A stretch of DNA of 63,203 nucleotides, counting the filler, from Octopus bimaculoides (lineage: Eukaryota), in the NCBI RefSeq assembly GCF_001194135.2. It is 6 parts of 4 records of this genome, joined end to end, with 100 filler letters (N's around TTAATTAATTAA, not from the genome) between each part and the next. Parts side by side here need not be neighbours in the genome. Positions count along the whole stretch, not along the records: positions 50,608 to 59,008 come from NC_068983.1; positions 59,109 to 61,263 come from NC_068988.1; positions 61,364 to 63,203 come from NC_068983.1; 3 more parts are not named here. One strand, written 5' to 3'. Both the position numbers and the translations under genes were made by a program. The notes under the pieces are model-generated. The model was not told where the DNA came from. It saw only the letters and a program-made list of their open reading frames with translations, and did not search any database. Numbering within the stretch: the stretch's first letter is position 1; every line of letters begins with the position of its first letter. This document shows positions 53,712-63,203 of the stretch, piece after piece.

Positions 53712-55468
53712 CAGGGGTTGGACAAAACAATGGAAACACCTAGCAACATAGCATCATAATTTTGAAATACCTATAAAACCTTTAAAAGCTTGCTTATTCT
53801 TATGTTGGTTGATTTATTATTAGTATTGCTTAATATGTTTTGTTAAAATTGCTGTTTCTTTTCAGATGTCACCAGTAAAGGTGCTTAAAGTTCATCAAAA
53901 TGACAGATCTATAATGGGAGGCAAGGTTCACGATATCGGATGAATATCGCCTTCTCCCATTAAAATGTTCTTTGTGTTGTTTCAGGCTCCAGCAGTCGAG
54001 GAAAGAAGTCTTAAGTAAAAATGCAATTCACAACCAGTTTATTTACAAGTTACGCAGGATAAATGAAGTGTGTTGCTCTCAGTATACCATCTCAGGCTGT
54101 GTACGTTTCGTTGTATCTCCCTTAACACGGGCCCATTGCCTCTGGAGATACGACATGCAGACAGGACTAGCCTGGAGACCCAGCCAACAAATATGTGTGT
54201 TCAGGAAGCGCTTGCGGTGAAGAAGAGATAAAATCTGTTTTGTTGGGCCCTTATATGCAGTTTGCCATCGCAAGCCGCGTTGTGATCTCGCGCATGGCAA
54301 ATGGATGCAGGTGAAGTCTCGCTCCAGTCTCGGAGATGGCAATGGCTGCTGCGAGATCTCATCCAATATGGCGCTGACTGCTTGTGCCGCTACAGATCTA
54401 TTGGACTTTCGAAGTGGTCAAATTGTTGATGCTCGTATGGCAAGCGCTAGCGTAACGAAAACACCAGAAATGTTTGGTATATCAAGAAGTACTGTCTCGA
54501 AAGTAATGACAGCCTTTGAGAAAGAGGGAAAGCTTCCTCATCGGAAGCTCCTGAAGAAAACCAAAACTTTCAGATAGGGATCGTCGATCACTTACGTTAA
54601 TTGTTAGAAACGATCACAAAAGTACAGCTCCCAAAATTACTGCAGAGCTTAATGACCACCTCGAGAACCCAGTTTCCACAAAAACTGTTCGCCGGGAGCT
54701 GCACAAAGCCGGATTTTACGGGAGGGCTGCAATCATAAAAAAACACTACTTTCAAAAACAAACGTTGGAAAGCGTTTAGAGTGGATTAAAAACGTATAGA
54801 ATTGGTCACTAGAGCAGTTGAAGAATGTTATTTTTTCGGACAAGTCATCCTTTATCTTACTTCCGACCACTGGCCGAGTATACCTGTGGAGTCAGCCAAA
54901 AGAAGCATGTGACCCAGACTGCCTCTTTCCAATTGTTAAACATGAAGGAAGATCTATGATGATCCGAGCGTCTATATCCTGGAAATCCGCCGGCCCAATG
55001 GTTTCCGTTCATGGCAGAATTAATAGTCAAGGCTATTTAAGCATTGTATCTGTTCAAATACATCCTATGTTTGCAAAACTGTTTCCGGGGGGAAACGCAA
55101 TCTTCAGGATGATAATGTATCAATTCATACAGCTAAAGCTGATACTGAATGGCACGAGGAACATTCTAGTGAAGTTGAACATCTTATGTGGCCAGCACAG
55201 TCCCCAGATCGCAATATTATTGAACATTTATGGTGCATTTTAGAAAAACAAGTAAGGACTCTATATCCTCCACCATCATCACTACAAGAACTGGATACTG
55301 TTTTAGCTGAACAATGGACAAAATTCCTTTGGAAACAATTCAAACTTTGTACGAGTCCATACCTCGTAGAATTCAAGCTTTAATTACTGCCAAAGGCGGT
55401 CCTACTCCATATTAAAATAAATTTGTTTGAAATTTTAAGGTGTTTCCCTTATTTTGTCCAAGCCTCTA
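53712..55468 (+). mobile_element. Tc1-type DNA transposon with DD36E spacing, degenerate, interrupted
   Basis: TA|caggggttggacaaaacaatggaaacacct ... aggtgtttcccttattttgtccaagcctcta|TA (imperfect ~30-bp TIRs, TA TSD). Transposase MTDL[insert]LDFRSGQIVDARMASASVTKTPEMFGISRSTVSKVMTAFEKEG..NVIFSDKSSF..AIF(Q)DDNVSIHTAK..WPAQSPDRNIIEHLW with frameshifts. About 1.27 kb without the insert. Confidence 0.9.
53912..54394 (-). mobile_element. Insertion within the Tc1 transposase: LTR-like body (53966-54394) plus terminal hairpin
   Basis: Direct repeat acagatctat at 53903-53912 and 54392-54401; removing the insert restores the transposase frame. Minus strand TGTAGCGG...CAAAGAACA with TATAA (~54251) and AATAAA (54038-54043). 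Confidence 0.65.
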
Positions 55469-56055
55469 TATGTTTTCGCTTTTATTCATTTCTTGGTTTC
55501 AGTCATTCAACTGGAGAGATACTGGGGTATCGCTCCTTATACTTATTTCGTACTCTGGTATTTACCTTATAAATTATATAAGTAGGACCACTAAATTACG
55601 AGACAGAAGCTGTGAAAACAGCTTAGACGGTCGGAAAATGTGGCGAGCAAGCTGCTACAGAGAATCAAACTCTGTGCCTCCTGAATTCATACTGAGCGCT
55701 CTGTACCATCGAGCTAAAAAAACCCATGACAACAGATCCTGCATTTAGCGTTATAAAATAACACTAAATAATAGGATTAGGTATGTGAGAACACTTTTAT
55801 AAATATTATAGGGCCGATATATGTGTATTTTTACTGTCGGGTCTAATCATCCTTTCTTTAAATTCGAATATACCCATTTCTATACGCAGCCTTTAAGATT
55901 AATCCTATTCTGTTTATAGGAAGAGCCCTTGACTTCTAATTTTTACTGTTGGGTTTAATAACCCTTACTTTTTAATGATGTAATGATGTAATATTATCCT
56001 GATATCACCATAAATTTTATCATACAAACTTTCTGTGACTCTTACATTACTTTTC

Positions 56056-56096
<41 letters not shown>

Positions 56097-56771
56097 NNNN
56101 NNNNNNNNNNNNNNNNNNNNNNNNNNNNNNNNNNNNNNNNNNNNNNNNNNNNNNNNNNNNNNNNNNNNNNNNNNNNNNNNNNNNNNNNNNNNNNNNNNNN
56201 NNNNNNNNNNNNNNNNNNNNNNNNNNNNNNNNNNNNNNNNNNNNNNNNNNNNNNNNNNNNNNNNNNNNNNNNNNNNNNNNNNNNNNNNNNNNNNNNNNNN
56301 NNNNNNNNNNNNNNNNNNNNNNNNNNNNNNNNNNNNNNNNNNNNNNNNNNNNNNNNNNNNNNNNNNNNNNNNNNNNNNNNNNNNNNNNNNNNNNNNNNNN
56401 NNNNNNNNNNNNNNNNNNNNNNNNNNNNNNNNNNNNNNNNNNNNNNNNNNNNNNNNNNNNNNNNNNNNNNNNNNNNNNNNNNNNNNNNNNNNNNNNNNNN
56501 NNNNNNNNNNNNNNNNNNNNNNNNNNNNNNNNNNNNNNNNNNNNNNNNNNNNNNNNNNNNNNNNNNNNNNNNNNNNNNNNNNNNNNNNNNNNNNNNNNNN
56601 NNNNNNNNNNNNNNNNNNNNNNNNNNNNNNNNNNNNNNNNNNNNNNNNNNNNNNNNNNNNNNNNNNNNNNNNNNNNNNNNNNNNNNNNNNNNNNNNNNNN
56701 NNNNNNNNNNNNNNNNNNNNNNNNNNNNNNNNNNNNNNNNNNNNNNNNNNNNNNNNNNNNNNNNNNNNNNN

Positions 56772-56806
<35 letters not shown>

Positions 56807-58058
56807 TTGATTTTTGCATTAGACTATTGGATGTTATACACCGCTGGAAAAAATTCTTCGCACTCTTGTAGCTTTCGAATGATGCCACTCTGCCAGATGT
56901 GTTTTTATGTACTTATATTTGAATGTAAAAACTGGACACGTTTAGATATGAAGAAATCTCCTAAAGCCATATGTGTATATTTGTGCTTGTGCGCTGGGGC
57001 GTATATTTTTGTATGTATGTATAATGTATGTATTTGTTTATGTATACATGTATAACTATATCTTGTTTATATAATTTTAAAATCATTTTACTAAAATTTT
57101 TGTAAATTGAAATATCTTAGATTTACTTCTGTGCTATTTCCACCGCCATCTTATTACATATATTAACAAACACTAATTTACTTCTTTTATGAATAATATA
57201 TCCTGCGCCAAAATGCGTCACCCTGTGCCTATGTTATAACACGGTGTATTAATATATGTTAATTAGTAAGAAGTAAGAAATTCATATGTCATAGAATTAG
57301 TTTTCATCGTTGTCGCAGTTTTACTTGTGGTTGTTATTGATTGATCGATTCATAGATTGATTGTTGTTGTCGCGGAAAACACAGCCGCAAAATTACAGAA
57401 TCGGGAAATATTGACTTCCTTTGACTGAACGCAATATTTTAGAAGGAGAAATAGATTTTGAGACTTTGTACTTTTATAAATGGTCTTATCGGCTCAAGTG
57501 ATTTGAAACTCGGTCTTAGCGAGCAATCGACGCTTGTGTGCCTGTTGCAATTTAGTCACTGAAAAAGAAATAATTACAAAATCTGTCAGATTATAAACAG
57601 CAACTGTATAATTTTTTTAATTATTAGAAAGTCTCTAACTTAGTGTAAGGGATTATTTAAAGGGAGAAATTATGACGAATGGAATGAATTTACTTTACGA
57701 CATGAGAGAGAGTTCAGGTCATGAGAAGTGGCGGGGCAATGAAAGAGAAGAGAGTTCTAATGTCTGGCAGTTTGAGGGGAAAAAAGCTACTACCGTGGAA
57801 ACACTTCTTTGTTCATGGAAGCACATCAGCTTTTGGATGAAAATGTCAGTTTCGAGTCAGCCGAGGTGGCACAAAGTGATTTGGAAATAAGAAAGTTCAT
57901 CAGAGCAGCTCCTTGGGTAATAACGATAAAAAAGACATGATTTAAGAGAAAGAACTAATCTTTACAGACATATACATGCATGCACACACACACACACACA
58001 AGCACACATAAGCACAGAAACACACACATACACATTTTGTAAAAGCGTATATATGATA

Positions 58059-58102
<44 letters not shown>

Positions 58103-58735
58103 TTTTATGTTTTTATGCTTCTATCTCCAAAGAACTGATTTTTATTGTTGATATATATATATATATATATATGTATATACACACTCACGCACATACAAAC
58201 GTGTGTGTGTGTGTGTGTAGGATGATGAAATGTTGAATCCAAATCAATGTATGAGTTTTTATTTATTCATAATTTTGGCAGGAAGTTAAGCCCCGTGGTA
58301 TTTCTGACTGTTGCATATTCACAGATCTTGAAAAACGTAATTTGATATAAAACGGAATATTTGATTTATTGCACGTTTCCAGTTTAATAGTTACTGACGA
58401 GACATTGAATTGATTTAATGACCTGATTATCTACATGCCATTTTCGAACCGTTTACGCGTAGGTGGAAGACGTACGTTTCGGTGATTCAACATTCGAAGA
58501 AAATTATGTAGCATGTCGGTTGTAATTCACTCTCTATACAGCTGTTTCAAAATAGTTTGTATAATAATGATTCCTTAGCAAATATGAACAACATCTAACG
58601 CTGTGAAATATATTTTTTGATGTTGTTTTAATGTTTTTAGACGTATTGGCCGTATAGTTGGCGAAATGAAACTGCTTCAATTTAGTTAACAACAGTGATG
58701 ATTATGGTAATTCTAGTAGTAATAATAATAACTAA

Positions 58736-58774
<39 letters not shown>

Positions 58775-59682
58775 TCTTTCTACTGGAAGCACAAGGCCTC
58801 AAATTTGGGGGAAGGGATTAAGTCGATCACATCGCCCCCAGTGCGTAACTGTTACTTATTTAATCAACTCCGAAAGGATGAAAGGTAAAGTCGACATCGG
58901 TGGATTTTTTAACTTAGAACGTAGCGACAGACGAAATACTGCTAAGCATTTCGCCCGGCGTGCTAACGATTCGTTAGCACGCCGGGCGAATAATAATAAT
59001 AATAATAANNNNNNNNNNNNNNNNNNNNNNNNNNNNNNNNNNNNNNNNNNNNTTAATTAATTAANNNNNNNNNNNNNNNNNNNNNNNNNNNNNNNNNNNN
59101 NNNNNNNNCCACCATCACCACCACCCCTTACAGTAAATCATGTAAAGCAATTACACACACACACTCACACACTGCTACATACACACACATAAACACACAA
59201 AGATACACACAATGAAATCAGCAGATCTTGCAATTTTCAGGTTTGTGTTCTGTTGTAAACCAGGCCAAGAATGTTATGAGATACTCACTGAAACTCTCTA
59301 CCTTTCTCAATTACTCCTGACTCTATGAGCATGTGCGTGGATGTAAGGGAAAGCTTAGAGTATGTATCTCTTTCTTTAGACCACTCACATGCGTGTACAC
59401 ATGCAAGTAGTACTAAAAATACACACTGCTTTGTGTGTGTGTGTGTGTATCATTACATATGTGTGTGTGTATTATCAACCACATATACTTTACATGTATG
59501 TCTCATGTATTTGCCTGCAGGCTGTGATTTGGCATGGTGGTGAATACTCTCTCAAAGCACTGGGTCTTAGAGCATTTGAAAGTCATGGACTGGCGAGATA
59601 ATGTTTCTATACATTCAGTATATGTGGTTGATAATGTATTTTTGCACTAGCACAGCTTCTATTTCATATTTGAATATATATA

Positions 59683-59722
<40 letters not shown>

Positions 59723-59865
59723 GGAGGCACANNNNNNNNNNTCTTAGAGCATTTGAAAGTCATGGACTGGCGAGATAATGTTTCTATACATTCAGTATAT
59801 GTGGTTGATAATGTATTTTTGCACTAGCACAGCTTCTATTTCATATTTGAATATATATATATTGT

Positions 59866-60213
59866 GGAGGCACAATGGCCCAATGGTTAGGGGGTTAGGG
59901 CAGTGGACTTGCGGTCATAGGATCGCGGTTTCGATTCCCAGACCGGGCGTTGTGTGTGTTTATTGAGCGAAAACACCTAAAGCTCCATGAGACTCCGGCA
60001 GGGGTTAGTGGTGAACCCTGCTGTTGTGCTTGTAATTGAAAGGGTCAGCCTTGTCACACTGTGTCACGCTGAATATCCCCGAGAACTACGTTAAGGGTAC
60101 ATGTGTCTGTGGAGTGCTCAGCCACTTGCACGTTAATTTCACGAGCAGGCTGTTCCGTTGATTGGATCAACTGGAACCCTCGACGCCGTAAGCGACAGAG
60201 TGCCAACAACAAC
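59866..60213 (+). mobile_element. SINE family A copy with internal deletion
   Basis: Same head and tail as 34826-35352; lacks the tactctttcaccacaact segment. Confidence 0.85.
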
Positions 60214-60961
60214 AAAATATATATATTAATCATAAGGACATATTAAAGTGTCTATATATATATATATATATATATTAATCATAAGGACACATTAAAGTGT
60301 CTACCCGCTAGAAATAAGAGTTAAAATCCTCATCCTAGAAATGAGTCAAAATCACCCCCCAAAATAACAGATTCAACAGTATACAAGCAAGCGGTTCGAG
60401 AAAATCTCTCACATACTTATATAGCATAAAGCTATATATTTAATGGTACAGGTGTATATGGTGGGGGCACATGGCCTAGTGGTTAGAGTAGCAGACACGC
60501 GGTCGAGGGATTGTGAGTTCAAATCTCAGACCGGGCGATGTGTGTGTTTATGAGCGAAAAATCCAAAGTTCCACGCGGCTCCAGCAGAAGGTAATAGCAA
60601 ACTTCTGCTGACTCTTTTGCCACCGCTTTCTCTCACTCTTTCCTCCTGCATCTAGCAGCTCACCTGCGCTGGACTGGCATCCCATCCAGGTGGGGAACCT
60701 ATATGCCAATGAAACTGAGAAACCAGCCCTTATGAGCTAGGCATGGCTCAAGAAGGAACAAACAACAACAACAGGTATATATGTGGACTGGTTTCTTGTT
60801 TGATACGAAAATTAATATAATTTTAATTCTATATAATGCTGATTTATGCCTGCAGCCTCCTATATTAATATTGTTGTTATTATCAACTCTGTGTATTGCC
60901 TTCTATAATAAAAACTATATTAATATCTATATAAATATTTGCTTCTGAATATCTTTGTTGC

Positions 60962-61000
<39 letters not shown>

Positions 61001-61642
61001 TCTTTTACTCTTTTACTTGTTTCAGTCTTTTGACTGTGGCCATGCTGGAGCACCGCCTTTAGTCGAGCAAATCGACCCCAGGACTTATTCTTTGGAAACC
61101 TAGTACTTATTCTATCGGTCTCTTTTGCCGAACCGCTAAGTTACGGGGACATGAACACACCAGCATCGGTTGTCAAGCGATGTTGGGGGACAAACACAGA
61201 CATACAAACACATACACACACACACATATATATATATACATATATACGACAGGCTTCTTTCAGNNNNNNNNNNNNNNNNNNNNNNNNNNNNNNNNNNNNN
61301 NNNNNNNTTAATTAATTAANNNNNNNNNNNNNNNNNNNNNNNNNNNNNNNNNNNNNNNNNNNNTATATATATACACACACACACACACCACTATATGCAG
61401 GTAAACTGCCATAGATGAAAACAATAGAAAATTGCCTTTACTTACAGAAGATAAACATGTAACAGTAGGGTGTGGTGGAATGGGGGGTGGTTCTGGGCTG
61501 TCTGGTTCTGCTTCGTAAGCCATGTCGATGGGAGACGCTGAAAAGGTAACGGAGAAAACATGAACAGGTGAGGTATATGTGTCAGGTGTGTATGTGTGTG
61601 TGTAACGGAGAGGGATTGCTTTAGAAACACCCGCTGTCTTAA

Positions 61643-61863
61643 CCCTTTAGTGTTCACATTATTCTGCCATAATTAATGCTTTTTTATCCACATTATTTTG
61701 AACTAATCATACATTATCTCGTAGCTATGAGATTTTGATGAGGTAGCTGTTAATTTTTAAAACGATATTGTAGGGTTGGTGTGAGAGACCAGATCTGGCC
61801 AGTTTGAACATAGAATAAGTAGAATACTTCTGGCCGGATATGGCCGGTTTAAATGCTAAAGGG
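61643..61863. mobile_element. piggyBac-like MITE
   Basis: TTAA|ccctttagtgttca ... taaatgctaaaggg|TTAA: TIRs and TTAA target duplication. Confidence 0.75.
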
Positions 61864-62834
61864 TTAAACCAGTGGTTCTCAAACTTTTTGTTGGGGCTAC
61901 CAACCTCTTGACACCCAGGTAACATTTGTTCCAGCGGCTTTGTCTAGGCTCAAAGTTCTGAGCCTTTTTTGCTGGTGAGGCATAACATCATAAACCCGAC
62001 ATCGCAGAATGCCATGCACCACTGAAATGATTATGTTTAACCCTTGGTCAGTACTTGGTCAGCCCTGATCCAAGTAGACCCATTAATATCCTATCTGTTT
62101 ATCATTGTGCCCGTCCAGTTTTACAAGATTCTTAGGCATGATTTGAAGGGACATCCAGCTATTTCTAGCATGTCAAACATCCATTCAGGAGCTCCTTTTG
62201 TTTGAAGGACAATAATGACTTCCAGAACTGGTATTCTGGGATCACCCTTCAATCTAAACCAGTGGTTCTCAACCACTTTTTCTTTCCTATGAACCCCTTT
62301 CATTCTTATTTTATTTGAATGGACCCTCACAGCCATTCAGTATTTAAGAAATCCTATAATTATATTTTTATAAGCCCGTCCTATATATATATGTATATAT
62401 GTGTGTTTGTCCCCACCACCATCGCTTGACAACCGATGCTGGTGTGTTTACGTCCCCGTAACTTAGCGGTTCGGCAAAAGAGACCGATAGAATAAGTACT
62501 AGGCTTACAACGAATAAGTCCTGGGGTCGATTTGCTTGACTAAAGGCGGTGCTCCAGCATGGCCGCAGTCAAATGATTGAAACAAGTAAAAGAGTAAAAG
62601 AGTAAACAAGCATGTTAATTTAACAAGCAGGTTGTTCTATTGATCGGATCAACTGGGACACTCGTTGTAAGCAACAGATTACCAGTTTAGATATAAGCAA
62701 ATAATTTAATTAAAAGCAGACATGGCCAGTGGCCTTGTCTAGTCTCAAAGTTCTGGTTATTAGGGGCTCCCTTGTTTGAGGGCGAACAACGACCTCCAGA
62801 ACACTGATCTCTTTGATCAGCCTTCAATCAAAAC

Positions 62835-63091
62835 CAGTGATTCTGAACCATTTTTTGCCTGTGGAGCCCTTTGATTCCTATTTTACCAAAATGGACCCTT
62901 ATAGTCATTCAGTGACTAAGAAACCATATTACTAGGTTTTTATGATTAAATATTAAGAGGAATTGTATAAGAAGATTGTTAAAATAGTTTGTGAATTGTA
63001 GGAATAAAATCAATTTATTGCAGATAATTTTTAATAACAAAATCTTAAATGGACCGCCAAGGGTCTTGTAGACCCTGGTTGAGAACTGCTG
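62835..63091. mobile_element. hAT (Charlie-like) MITE
   Basis: cagtgattctgaacc ... ggttgagaactgctg termini. Related left ends cagYggttctcaa at ~31669, 61870 and 62259, two of them after NTCTANAC-type targets (gtctatac, atctaaac); related fragment at ~20834. Confidence 0.6.
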
Positions 63092-63203
63092 GGCTAAACC
63101 CACACCGGTTGAGAACTGCTGGGCTAAACCCACACCGGTTGAGAACTGCTGGGCTAAACCCACACCGGTTGAGAACTGCTGGGCTAAACCCACACCGGTT
63201 GAG
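63077..63203 (+). repeat. 30-bp minisatellite, more than 4 identical units
   Basis: Unit ggttgagaactgctgggctaaacccacacc repeated perfectly to the window end. Confidence 0.95.

Noticed and set aside
57865-57910. Minus-strand CTGATGA...CGAAAC
   Set aside because: No stem II pairing, so not a hammerhead.
59521-59601. AVIWHGGEYSLKALGLR, reminiscent of a fibrinogen-domain C-terminus
   Set aside because: Short, lacks key residues, no upstream fibrinogen-type exons seen.
63077-63203. CRISPR-like 30-bp repeat
   Set aside because: No spacers; head-to-tail identical units in a eukaryotic context.

Overview
AT-rich, gap-riddled eukaryotic genomic window. The SINE/LINE families and microsatellite density point to an octopus (coleoid cephalopod) genome; this is inference from repeat families. 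Nearly all ORF-track entries are microsatellite or N-gap artefacts. One convincing host exon (48220-48340, +) encodes the start of an Ig domain of a contactin-like adhesion protein, so much of the window is probably intron. The rest is a transposon graveyard: a 5' Helitron remnant, an RTE-type LINE remnant and its 3' tails, three Dong/R4-like RLE retrotransposon fragments, a mariner fragment, a near full-length DD36E Tc1-type element interrupted by an LTR-like insert, a Penelope-like element bracketed by inverted pLTRs with minimal hammerhead ribozymes, hAT/piggyBac/Tigger-like MITEs, a long foldback palindrome and at least four tRNA-derived SINE families. Five 44N-TTAATTAATTAA-44N blocks are assembly linkers. 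No CRISPR, rRNA or genuine tRNA gene was seen. No wholly new system can be claimed. The best leads are the hammerhead ribozymes, the DD36E element and its insert, and the abundance of intronic inverted repeats.
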